Assembly: GCF_006345805.1 (NCBI RefSeq)
Contig: NC_043012.1
Span: 21,204,001-21,268,000 of the forward strand
Length of the DNA: 64,000 bases
Direction of reading: 5' to 3'
DNA from: Octopus sinensis
Taxonomy: Eukaryota
Positions 1 through 11,460 of this stretch are shown here, one piece after another. Position numbers and translations under genes: made by a program. Within the stretch, counting starts at the first letter, position 1, and each line of letters opens with the position of its first letter. The notes below the pieces were generated by a model, which had not been told where the DNA came from, searched no databases, and was given only the letters and a program-made list of their open reading frames with translations.

Positions 1-631
1 TTGTAACTCTGTCAATAATTCACTTATCAGTTATTTGACAGAACGTCAGTCAATATTGTGATTCTCCCCACTAAGATAAATGTTTTAATCACACATCCTA
101 CACGGTGCCAATTAGCTGAGAAATGAATGTCACAGCTTCTTCTGTATTCTCTGAATTCATTAAAACTAATAACAAATTTATGAATGCAATAAAGATCGAG
201 TAGAAATATATTTTATTCACTCTGTGAACTTTTAAAGTGTCAAGTCGAAAAACAGTGCCAAAGGTAACAAAATTTCGTAAAAGAAAAATGACTGGCTTGA
301 ATTCTTGGACAAGCAACTTTTATTTAGGAACCTTAGGGATTTAGACAGTGATTCCACTATTAAGGTTGTAATCTTAATAAGCATTTCTTAGCTTCTTGGC
401 TTATTAAATCGAGTAAGAACAGGCTTTGATACTGCACTTTCATAACATTTATAAGTATATTTTTGCTGTATAGGTGGGCTTGCTTGTGTGTGAGAGAGAA
501 GGACAGAGACACAGAGACAGAGAGATTCTGTATTAAGCAGCATATTAGGTTATTTGCTCATCCTCTACAGTATATCTCAGCTGTATAGATCTTTAAATGG
601 TACATGTTGGCCTATTTTCTCATACACATAC

Positions 632-885
632 ATATATAGGGAGAAATTCACAAACAATAAAAAACAAAAGACGAAGACAGGTGGTGTAGGAAGCAAACAG
701 ATGTATTAGTATAACGCTCGGGAAGCGAAAAAGTATTTAACGTTTCGACCCTACGCTCTTCCACAGAAAGGAACCGAAAGAAAACGAAAAATGTTTAGAA
801 AGTATTAAAACAGCTACCAAAAGTTCAAAAGGTTCAAAAGCTTCAGACGTCGTGGTGTATTGGAGCGATTTTTCAACAACAGAGG
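632..885 (-). mobile_element. Short interspersed element H1, copy 1, carrying a hammerhead-like motif (Penelope-LTR/retrozyme-like)
   Basis: Clearly homologous to 24537-24735 (shared TATAGGGA..., CAAAAGACGAAGnCAGGTGGTGTA, ACGTTTCGAnCCTACGCTCTTCnACAGAAAGG); starts directly after a TA run. Confidence 0.7.
735..770 (-). ncRNA. Degenerate minimal type I hammerhead motif with variant core CUGUGGA
   Basis: Minus strand CTTT-CTGTGGA-A-GAGC-GTAG-GGTC-GAAAC-GTT-AAAT. Confidence 0.4.
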
Positions 886-1054
886 AGTGTATGTATATAT
901 ATAAATATATATATACAGACATACATACGTATATATACATATAAATACACACATGCACACACACACGAACACACACACACATGAACACACACACACAGAC
1001 ACACATATATATTATCCACAATGTATAGTATTATATATCCACTACGACTGATCT

Positions 1055-1134
1055 TATCTATCGATTTCGTGCTAGGAATAAAGCAGAGTGTTAGGTAACA
1101 ATCATATTATATAACCTTATGCTCATCAGAGATA
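1055..1134 (-). ncRNA. Possible hammerhead motif with long stem II
   Basis: Minus strand TATCT-CTGATGA-(54 nt)-GAAATCGATA-GATA; palindromic ATCGAT stem III; stems I and II imperfect. Confidence 0.3.
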
Positions 1135-1258
1135 GCCCATTGGTAAGATTCGCCCAAATAAATAATGTTGTACACTTCAGATAATATGCCCACTCTTTTG
1201 ACAGATAATCGAGTCCATCTTATCCTTGACTTATGGACTCTTAGACGACTCACGCGCG

Positions 1259-1297
<39 letters not shown>

Positions 1298-1555
1298 CAT
1301 ATATATATATATATATATACGCATATATATATGCATAAACACGCGCACATATATACGTACGCACACACATATATGCACCCATTCAAAGAATGTTAGCATC
1401 TCGTGCGATGCCCCAAAACACAGTCAACAAGAGCATTCACATACAACATCAATGTAAGAGTGTATGGATAGGGAAGCAGCCCTAAAATTAACAGTGAAAC
1501 AACGAATCAGAATGAGATATATATCTGGGTGAGATATATATGAGATATATATCTA

Positions 1556-1782
1556 GGCGGCGAGCTGGCAGAGACGTTAGCGCGCCGGGTGAAATGCTTA
1601 GCGGTATTTCGTCTGCCGTTACGTTCTGAGTTCAAATTCCGCCGGGGTCGACTTTGCCTTTCATCCTCTCGGGGTCGATAAATAAAGTACCAGTTTCGCA
1701 CTGGGTCGATGTAATCGACTTAATCCCTTTGTCTGTCCTTGTTTGTCCCCTCTATGTTTAGCCCCTTGTGGGTAGTAAAAAA
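1556..1782 (+). mobile_element. tRNA-derived SINE family A, A1-tail monomer
   Basis: GGCGGCGAGCTGGCAGA head, GAGTTCAAATTCC B-box, tail CCCCTTGTGGGTAGTAAA; ATATATATCTGGGTGA repeated at ~1517 and ~1783 as probable TSD. Confidence 0.9.
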
Positions 1783-2205
1783 TATATATATCTGGGTGAC
1801 CGACGATCGATTCGAAACAACGGTACGTTGAACACAACTCTTCGGTTAGAGATAATGAATTTAAACCTCCAACAGCCTTTACGAATTGAAAGACACAACA
1901 TTAAGTGAAGAATTGAAAAGAAAAATCAGTCAAATCGTCAATAGAAGGAAAATATACTCTTGATGCACTACGGAAAATGACGTAGCAATCTACGAAAGCT
2001 TATAAAGACTGAACTTTTGCCAAGAAATTCATTCCTTACAGACATTTATCCGAATTTCTTTTGAAGTCCTGGCATCCCATAATTTCTGTTCACCATTCCT
2101 GCACCGCCCTTACGAAGTCTCTTTAGATATTATTTCGAAAACCTACCAGAACCATTGTTATTTAGAGTGCATATATATACACATACATACATATAAATTA
2201 TATAT

Positions 2206-2354
2206 ATGGTTTATTATAAATAGAGAAAGAAGAGAGTAAATTCAGTTGAAGTGTAAAATTCGAAATAAAATTACTTGAAAGTATAAAATGAGAGATATAA
2301 AACTATACACACACACACACACACACCCTGTTGGTGGTTAAAAGGGAGGAAGCA

Positions 2355-2452
<98 letters not shown>

Positions 2453-2558
2453 TATATGTATATATATACATATATATACATATATATATATATATATAAA
2501 TAAATACACATACATATATACATACATATGTGTGCGAGTGTGTGTGTGTGTTGTGTGT

Positions 2559-2624
<66 letters not shown>

Positions 2625-2721
2625 TTTTATCTCTCTCATTTTATACTTTCAAGTAATTTTATTTCGAATTTTACACTTCAACTGAATTGACTCTCTTCTT
2701 TCTCTATTTATAATAAACCAT
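2206..2721. repeat. Long inverted repeat (fold-back), ~100 bp unique arms around a microsatellite spacer
   Basis: 2206-2304 is the near-perfect reverse complement of 2622-2721; CA and TG runs extend the arms. Confidence 0.95.
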
Positions 2722-2940
2722 TTCCCAACATAAGCATTTAGCAATGTTTTTACCATACAATGTCGCTTTCATTACTCTCCATAATTTATTTTACTTGCCT
2801 CCTAAGGTTGATTTAAATGTATATTTAAATGGAAACGTATAGATGTATATATCATATCCAAGAAAATTTACCACTCTAGAATAATACAGAATTTATTTTT
2901 CTTGTCTTTGTGCATGCGTGTGTGTATAATATATATATGT

Positions 2941-2994
<54 letters not shown>

Positions 2995-3281
2995 CACAAA
3001 GAGGATATTCAAACCTCTTATAGGGATATTTATCCATGATACACTGGTTTAATATATGAAATTTTGAAGAGATATCCTTCAATGAATATATTACATAGAA
3101 TATCGTAAGATATCAAACATAGAAAACAGAGAAATCTAATGGATACAAATAAATTTATTTATTAATGAACATATTAACCAACAATTTGAGAAATGAAACA
3201 ATTGCTGGTTAATAGATTGATTAATTAATAAATTAAGTAGTATCCATTAGATCTCTTTGTTTACTAACTCAATATATATGT

Positions 3282-4399
3282 AAAGGGTAAAAATTATTAA
3301 AAATAATAATTTATACCAGTGCCGGGCATGCGTAAAAGATCTCAGTAGACATAAATATTTTTACAATATATATGAGTGTATAAAATTTATGTACGGAGAG
3401 AACACCACCATGTGGTCTTCTTATATGCTAAAAGGAGCAGTTAAATTTCCAAACCACGAAAGAACATTCTTATTTAGAGTACTTTGATTGTAAGCGAGCA
3501 GGACAATTTAAAAAAGTTAAAATATCAGTTAATTCTATAGTCCGAAGTTTCACGATTAATGATTAAATAAATCAATCAATAAATCAATAGAGATCCGTGG
3601 ATCTTTAGTAGAATCGCTGGGACATATAATTATACCGAAACAAAAAGGAAACACCGTGCATACTGAATTTGATCGTTACACATCGAGAATTCACATCAAA
3701 TGACCTCAATCATCTTGCCAACCGGAATAATACAGCAGTAAATATAAATTCAACAGTTAATTATCTGACCCAAGAATTAAAATATTTAAATATAAGGGTA
3801 AAAATTATTATAAAAATACATTATACCAGTGGCTATCATGTGTAAAAAATGTCAGTAGACATAAATATTTTTACAATATATATGAGTGTATAAAATTTAT
3901 GTACGGAGAGAACACCACCATGTGGTCTTCTTATATGCTAAAAGGAGCAGTTAAATTTCCAAACCACGAAAGAACATTCTTATTTAGAGTACTTTGATTG
4001 TAAGCGAGCAGGACAATTTAAAAAGTTAAAATATCAGTTAATTCTATAGTCCGAAGTTTCACGATTAATGATTAAATAAATCAATCAATAAATCAATAGA
4101 GATCCGTGGATCTTTAGTAGAATCGCTGGGACATATAATTATACCGAAACAAAAAGGAAACACCGTGCATACTGAATTTGATCGTTACACATCGAGAATT
4201 CACATCAAATGACCTCAATCATCTTGCCAAACCGGAATAATACAGCAGTAAATATAAATTCAACAGTTAATTATCTGACCCAAGAATTAAAATATTTAAA
4301 TATAAAGGGTAAAAATTATTATAAAAAATACATTATACCAGTGGCTATCATGTGTAAAAAATGTCAGTAGACATAAATATTTTTACAATATATATGAGT
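3282..4399. repeat. Tandem duplication, ~510 bp unit, ~2.2 copies
   Basis: CAGTAGACATAAATATTTTTACAATATATATGAGT recurs at 3343, 3853 and 4365. Confidence 0.95.
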
Positions 4400-4752
4400 T
4401 TTACAATATACGGAGAGTGGTCGAATAAGCATGTTCCATCGTGATTTGGGAATTTGACTGGCCTCTTTGGCATCTAAGAAACCACATGGTGGTCTTCTTT
4501 CTGTGTATCAAAATAAGCATTCAGTGACTTATAAGGTTCACCATCGAATAACTTATTTGTCAATTTGAAGAAATCTCTCACTGATCAGGCAGCTGGATCT
4601 CCCTACGATTTATTTGCCATATATAAACACTATAGCTGTGTTTGTTGAGCGAGGACGTCCTGCGAGTGTAATTTAAGATTTATGTTTTCGTGTATAAAAA
4701 CCTACATCAATAATAAATTTAGGATCATTCCTTTCGTCATATATATATATAT

Positions 4753-4790
<38 letters not shown>

Positions 4791-4971
4791 TTCATCTTCT
4801 TCAGGAAACATCTGCACCAGGGAATTACAAGAGTGATTTCTCAAAATGTCTTGACAAGCAATTAAACCTTGACGCCCTAAAAATACTACAGTAGTAATAT
4901 TATTATTAATAGCGACGACGATGACAATGATGACAAGAGGTAAGAGGGCGGTTATAATGATAATGCTATCG

Positions 4972-5003
<32 letters not shown>

Positions 5004-5072
5004 CATTATTATTATAATCATTATTATTATTATTATAATCATTATTATTATTATTATATTATTATTATTATT

Positions 5073-5620
5073 GAGTGAGAGAGCAGTGCATGCCATCAAA
5101 GTGACACTGGGGTAAAATATACGAAGCCCAATATACCCATCATGACTACCCGTCTGATAAAGGTACACCAGGCACATGCATCACAACCATATGTGCGCGA
5201 CATGGTGATCTCATATCAAGATAAACAGCACATGACCTTGCAGGTGGGGCCCAGTTAGAATTTTCTTCAAGTTGAGTAGCCCATCCCGCTCAAACGGTCC
5301 CTGAATAAGGGTTGTTTAAGGATGTTGAAAGAACCACCCATGTTTCCAGAGGTGAACTATTCAAACCCCAAAGAATCCCTCTCAACACATGGCTATGATG
5401 CTCCCCCACTACTTCTGCTCGTGATCAGAGATGCACATATCGTCAGCCACTAAGGGACATGCTCAACTGGGTAAGGTCAAACAACTGACAAGCAAATCTG
5501 TGGTATTGAGCAGAATATTTGCTGTAGCCCATCTTTTATACTGTGGTATTGAGCAGAATATTTGCTGTAGCCCATCTTTTATACTGTGGTATTGAGCAGA
5601 ATATTTGCTGTAGCCCATCT
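5073..5620 (-). mobile_element. ~550 bp non-coding interspersed element within (AAT)n, copy 1
   Basis: Highly similar to 44079-44632; (ATT)n on both sides; a 43-bp unit is triplicated at 5498-5620; orientation inferred from the (AAT)n tail. Confidence 0.85.
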
Positions 5621-5669
5621 ATTATTATTATAATCATTATTATTATTATTATAATCATTATTATTATTA

Positions 5670-5710
<41 letters not shown>

Positions 5711-5740
5711 GTTGTTGTTGTTGTTATTAATATTATTATC

Positions 5741-5905
5741 ACGTCCGACTTTACGGTCTGAGTTCAAATTTACCATGCTCGCCTTTGCCATTCATTTTTT
5801 TCCGGGTCGATGAAATAAGTACCCGTGATGTACTATGGTCGTCATGATTGACTAACCTCCTCCCTAACATTTTGGACCTTGTGCCTATACTAGAAAGGAT
5901 TATTA
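5741..5905 (+). mobile_element. SINE A, A2-tail, degenerate and 5'-truncated
   Basis: CTGAGTTCAAATT...GACCTTGTGCCTATACTAGAAAGGATTATT. Confidence 0.75.
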
Positions 5906-6012
5906 CTATTATTTTATTATCATTATTATTATTATTAGTAGTAGTAGTATTGTTGTTCTTGTGGTTATTTGTAGTAGTATTAGTAGTATTATTGTTGTTG
6001 TGGTTATTTGTT

Positions 6013-6049
<37 letters not shown>

Positions 6050-6569
6050 ACATCAGCAGCAGCTGCAGCAATGGCATTTACCTTGTGCAACTCGGGCAAA
6101 ATTGTCAAAATGTTCATAATCCACACCATTATTGCAGTTATCGCTGATGGTCTTGTTCTTACCATTGTTGCTATAAGCTATTATCGCTATTGTTTTCAAC
6201 CCTTACACCATTCATTACCCTTTCACTAGTCTTGCTTGCGATATAGTCGGATGAAAACGAACTAAATTGAGTGTTTTGCAGTTTGAGGGGAGATATCGCG
6301 TTCATTTTCCTCCAAGTTGACCTAAATTAAAATGCCAAACATAATAAACTCTTGAGGGCAGAACGACATTGCAGGGTGTGCCTACCCTTTGTGACAATCT
6401 CGGTTTTCTCTTGTGATCTTCCCTCCAAAACTGGGTTAATTTTACGCCCAAACAATAAGAGCTTCTCTCTGTGATCATCCTTCGTACTTCCTTTAATTAT
6501 ATTTTCACTTATTCACATTTATTTTTCACGCAGATATAGATTTACATGCCGTTGTTTGTGTTTGTTCAG

Positions 6570-6623
6570 ATTCGTTGATATAAGATATTCAGCAATATAG
6601 GAAATTCACATTAAAACCAACAG
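6570..6623 (+). other. Candidate non-coding exon
   Basis: Acceptor GTTGTTTGTGTTTGTTCAG and donor CAG|GTGAGA; stops in all three frames. Confidence 0.15.
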
Positions 6624-6693
6624 GTGAGAGACAGATCATATTCGGTGTTATCAGTAACGCGAATTCTATTCGATTAACAATACTGGAAGCCAT

Positions 6694-6740
<47 letters not shown>

Positions 6741-6929
6741 TATATTATATATATATATAAATTAAATAAAATATAAATTACAAAGTGGGACAAGAAGCAA
6801 AAACACCAAAGAGACGACACAAAAAAACAGACGGGTCACTCGAAGCCTCTAATCTTCAGTCGGAACCGGATCATATATATATTGTATGTATGTATGTATG
6901 TATGTATATATATATATGTATGTATGTAT

Positions 6930-6970
<41 letters not shown>

Positions 6971-6972
<2 letters not shown>

Positions 6973-7372
6973 CGTGGATGTGTGGTAAGAGCTAGCTACC
7001 CAACCACATGGTTCCGTATTGAATCCCACTGCGTGGCACCTTCGACAAGTGTCTTCTACTATAACCTCGGGCCGACCGAAGCCTTGTAAGTAGAATTGAT
7101 AGACGGAAGCTAAAAGAAGCCTGTTGTGTATATATATATATATATATATATATTTGTGTATGTATATGTCTTGTCCCCCCCCACTTGACAACCGATGCTG
7201 GTGTGTTTATGTCCCCTCAACCTGGCGGTTCGGCAAAACAGTCCGATAGAATAAGTACTAAGCTTGCAAATAATAAGTCCCGGGTTCGATTTGTTCGACT
7301 AAAACCCTTTAAGGCAGTGCTTCAGCATGGTCGCAGTCAAATGACTGAAACAGGTAAAAGAATAATAGAATA
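6971..7372 (+). mobile_element. tRNA-derived SINE family B
   Basis: TGTGTGGTAAG head, CCCACTGCGTGGCACC, internal TA/TG tract, GCTTGACAACCGATGCTGG, 3' GCATGGTCGCAGTCAAATGACTGAAAC. Confidence 0.9.
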
Positions 7373-7439
7373 AATATATGTATGTGCGTGCGCATGCGCA
7401 TGGATGTATGTATGCGTGCGCGTGTGTGTGTGTGTGTGT

Positions 7440-7610
7440 GACCGGGCAATGTGTTGTCTTCCTGAGCAAATTCCTTCATTTCACATTGCTACAGTCCACC
7501 CAACTGAGAAAAGTGAATAATCCTGCCATGGACCGGCGCCCTGTCCAGGGGTCGCAGAAAGTCAGAGCAACCGGCTATATGAGCCTATGACTCATGAAGG
7601 ACATTTCATG
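7440..7610 (+). mobile_element. Degenerate CORE-type SINE fragment
   Basis: GTGTTGTCTTCCTGAGCAAA...CATTTCACATTGCTACAGTCCACCCAACTG. Confidence 0.55.
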
Positions 7611-7649
7611 CTATTGTTTATGTATGTGTGTACATATATCTATATAAAT

Positions 7650-7979
7650 CAAAGACCTCCTTCGGTCATGAATGACCATAGGATTGCACCTAGAAAGCTC
7701 CCCTCAGAGGCACAGATCCGGGCAAGGTTGTTTAAGGGAGAATAGCAGTCACCCATGCATACCAGCCACCCCTCTCCACGTCACCAAGGAAAAGGCTAAG
7801 GGGTCACTACAACTTGGCACCAGTGACATCGCAACTCATTTCTACAGCTGAGTGAACTGGAGCAACGTGAAATAAAGTGTCTTGCTCAAGAACACAACAC
7901 CGAGCGCAGACTGGGAATCGAACTCATTACCTCGTGATTGTGAGCCCAACGCTCTAACCACTAAGCTATGCGCCTTCTC
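7650..7979 (-). mobile_element. CORE-type tRNA SINE family D, left copy of an inverted pair
   Basis: Reverse complement of 8322-8660; GAGTTCGATTCCC B-box and CORE-like GTGTTGTGTTCTTGAGCAAGACACTT...CAGCTGTAGAAATGAG. Confidence 0.85.
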
Positions 7980-8277
7980 ATACACACATATACACACGGT
8001 CACACACATACAGACACGTCCGCGCAGATCGAATGATTTACGTGACATGTATTATATTAGAGCTATGACGTCAGTGGTATTTTTATGAGGTAAAACGGAA
8101 TACAGAAATAAAGAAAGAACGAAAGAAAAATCACTGCGTTTAAATTGAAATAACTGTTTAAATATATTTACATTAAGTTTAATATAAATTCAAATTATAA
8201 AAATCTTTATTCAATGAATTTTTTAGGATAACGTTATCAAGAGAAGCATTATATGAATTCAATCTTAAATTACATCT

Positions 8278-8308
8278 GTTGCTACGTACATTAAATGTAC
8301 GTAGCAAC
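8278..8308. repeat. Perfect hairpin, 15-bp arms, 1-nt loop
   Basis: GTTGCTACGTACATT-A-AATGTACGTAGCAAC. Confidence 0.95.
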
Positions 8309-8321
8309 GTGTATGTGTATG

Positions 8322-8660
8322 AGAAGGCGCATAGCTTAGTGGTTAGAGCGCTGGGCTCACAATCATGTGGTAGTGAGTTCGATTCCCAGACTGGGCTCGG
8401 TGTTGTGTTCTTCAGCAAGACACTTTATTTCACGTTACTTCAGTTCACTCAGCTGTAGAAATGAGTTGCGATATCACTGGTGCCAAACTGTATTGACCCT
8501 TTAGCTTTTTCCCTGGATAATGTCAGTGACGTGGAGATGGGTGGTTGGTATGCATCGGTGACTACTATACTTCCTTAAACAACCTTGCCCGGATCTGTGT
8601 CTCTGAGGGGAGCTTTCTAGGTGCAATCCTATGGTCATTCATGACCGAAGGAGGTCTTTG
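8322..8660 (+). mobile_element. CORE-type tRNA SINE family D, right copy
   Basis: GGCGCATAGCTTAGTGGTTAGAGC A-box, B-box, CORE-like domain. Confidence 0.85.
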
Positions 8661-8739
8661 ATACCTGCCTTAGTTCTCGGGCTAATATGAATCTATATGT
8701 GTGTGTGTGTGTTGTGTGTGTGTGTGTGTGTGTGTGAAA

Positions 8740-8985
8740 GATCGTGGACTAGTTGTTCTTGTGATACACTCACAATGTAGCAAACATAGGTTCGATTATC
8801 GAGCCTGGTGGCGTGTTGTGCTCTTGAGCAAAACACTTCATTTCAATTTGTTCCTCTCCATTCAGCTGTGAAAAGGTAACCCTGCGACGGACAAGCCTCC
8901 CGGGGTGGCGTCAATCGAAAGCTAAAACGATACAAAGCGCATTGTGATCAGCGATGTATAACATCCAATGGTCTGGTCGATTATG
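8740..8985 (+). mobile_element. Degenerate CORE-type SINE with a different 3' body
   Basis: GGTTCGATTATCG B-box; GTGTTGTGCTCTTGAGCAAAACACTTCATTTC; AACCCTGCGACGGAC. Confidence 0.6.
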
Positions 8986-9092
8986 CAATCATGTGAGGTA
9001 CATATACGTTCAAATGTGAATTAGAAGCAGCGCTAGAGCTGTAAGCATTATCGGCCACACATACTCAGTGTATATTCTTTTTTGTTCATCAG

Positions 9093-9167
9093 TAGGCTGC
9101 AGTGTAGCGTGGTGGGGATGACTCGCTGAAAGCGCCGGTGATTAAAACACGTGAAGGCCATAGACAG
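9093..9167 (+). other. Candidate non-coding exon
   Basis: Acceptor TTCTTTTTTGTTCATCAG and donor CAG|GTGAGA in unique, GC-richer sequence; no open frame. Confidence 0.15.
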
Positions 9168-9398
9168 GTGAGACAACTCACCCCAGATGCCTTTATCCCT
9201 TGTTCATCTCTGATTCGACTCATTTATGTGATGTTGATAAGCCACAAAAATGGCGAAATATCGACATCCATCACTCCTGAACGAAATGTGGGGCGTGTTG
9301 TTTCGCCTGTCTATGATTTCAAGACTTTTGACATCCGGCGCCAACCCGCAGCCTACGACCGAACAAACAATGCTCGTACATTGAGTCTGTGTGGTCAA

Positions 9399-9461
<63 letters not shown>

Positions 9462-9583
9462 CGTGTGTGTATGTGTGCACACATATACTTGCACTCTTAG
9501 TACTCACCTAAGTTCTTTCGGTAGTATAAGTGCTTATAGGTATACATACACGCACGCGCACACACAAACACATATATAAATAA

Positions 9584-9631
<48 letters not shown>

Positions 9632-10059
9632 CTATGTATGTATGTATGTACGTACTTACATACATATGTAAGCTGTAAGAATTTCATAGATGACAAGAAG
9701 ACCATGAACTGCATCAATGAAACTGATTTATGAATGGTTTTGTTTTCAAAGAACAAATTTTTGATTGTTCTAGAAATATCTATAAATGTTCCATTAGAAT
9801 GTCACGAAGTAAAACATTAGTTTAGAGAATTTGACCCTTAAGGAAAGAGAAAGAATCGATAAAATTTTTAAAACTAAAATATTTCGTACCATCAGAAATA
9901 GCCTTCAACGTACAAACTCTCTTACTGATTTCAGTCATTGGAATGTGGCCATACTGGGGCACAGTTTTGAAGGAGTTAGTTGTTCAAATCAACCCTGGTA
10001 CATATGTTCTGTTTGGTTTTTTTTTTTGGGGGGGGGGTAATTACTCTAACGTTTCTTCT

Positions 10060-10315
10060 ACCTGAACCAGTAAGTAATAGGGATGTGAGCAAACCAGCAC
10101 CGGATGTGAAATGTTGAGACACAAACACAAAGACACATACACAGAAACACACACACACTAACACACACACACACTTAGGCGCGACGGGCTTCTGCATAGT
10201 TTCCGTGTCTACCAAATTCACTCGCAAACAATTAAGGGCGCCGAGAGTGTAGAAAATAGTTGTTTGGCCAGGATAACCTAGAGGTGGAATTGAAACTGCA
10301 ACCACATGGTTGCCA
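10060..10315 (-). mobile_element. SINE B, degenerate 5' half
   Basis: GACGGGCTTC...AGTTTCCGTGTCTACCAAATTCACTC and AACCACATGG match family B reverse complement. Confidence 0.7.
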
Positions 10316-11074
10316 GCTGAGCTGACGCTGTCACCATATCATGATAATCCTTCTTCAGTGAGAGGCCAACTAGTATTTAGTTAATTACAGTGTCAGGACA
10401 TACCAACAAGACTGCTCAGCTATGTACCATGCATAACTGCTCTTCTAATTGACCCTCAGTAGTACGAGCTAATGTCTGCGAATTCGGAATTCGGTTCTAC
10501 CTTCATATTAAGAGAACTGTCTGAATAAATTTTCATGCATGACAGATGCATTTAAGAGCCAACTAACTCAACTTCAGGTATGACGTATATTATAAGTTTA
10601 GAAAGGAAGGTTTAGTGAAGAGTTTCGAATACTGTACTGTATAATTCATTCATTTATAAATAGTTCGTTTAACAGAATCTTCCGTTTTAGAATATTGGAT
10701 TTTGTTTTTTGTTTGTTCGTTTGTTTTCTACATTTTTTATGAACGATACCTTATTGACTTTTGGGGAGATGATGTGGTTTTGCAAATATGCATGCTTTGT
10801 CTAATAATTAAAGAATTAATTGACACAACAATGCCGATAATGGAGCGTAAATCTGTGTAGTCAACTTGACTTTTAAAGAAACCACCTCTTACTCTGTGGC
10901 GGTCACCGGGAGATTTTAAGAAACTTTATGAGGTTGGATAAATATAAAATTAATCAGAAGATTTATTTTACGTTTATCTTACCTCTACGAACGGTAAGAG
11001 GTTATTAGCAAGTACCAACAATATGCTAGGATCAATCAGTTTATTAGTTTAAGCCATCCATACTTCAATGCTTT

Positions 11075-11460
11075 GTGGAGGCGCAATGGCCCAGTGGTTA
11101 GGGCAGCGGACTCGCGGTCGTAGGATCGTGGTTTCGATTCCCAGACCGGGCGTTGTGAGTGTTTATTGAGCGAAAATACCTAAAGCTCCACGAGGCTCCG
11201 GCAGGGATGGTGGTGATCCCTGCTGTACTCTTTCACCACAACTTTCTCTCACTCTTACTTCCTGTTTCTGTTGTACCTGTATTTCAAAGGGTCGGCTTTG
11301 TCACTCTCTGTGTCACGCTGAATATCCCCGAGAACTACGATAAGGGTACACGTGTCTGTGGAGTGCTCAGCCACTTACACGTTAATTTCAGGAGCAGGCT
11401 GTTCCGTTGATTCGGATCAACCGGAACCCCCGTCGTCGTAACCGACGGAGTGCTTCCACC
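11075..11460 (+). mobile_element. tRNA-Arg-like SINE family C (resembles octopus OR2-type, from memory)
   Basis: GGAGGCGCAATGGCCCAGTGGTTAGGGCAGCGGACTCGCGG head with TCG at the anticodon position; 12-bp TSD ACTTCAATGCTT at 11062-11073 and 11461-11472. Confidence 0.92.

Noticed and set aside
6825-6870. Minus-strand CTGAAGA in a TA-flanked insert
   Set aside because: GAAA box and stem I are absent
11075-11150. tRNA-Arg(TCG) gene
   Set aside because: It is the head of a multi-copy SINE with TSDs and has no proper acceptor stem 3' strand
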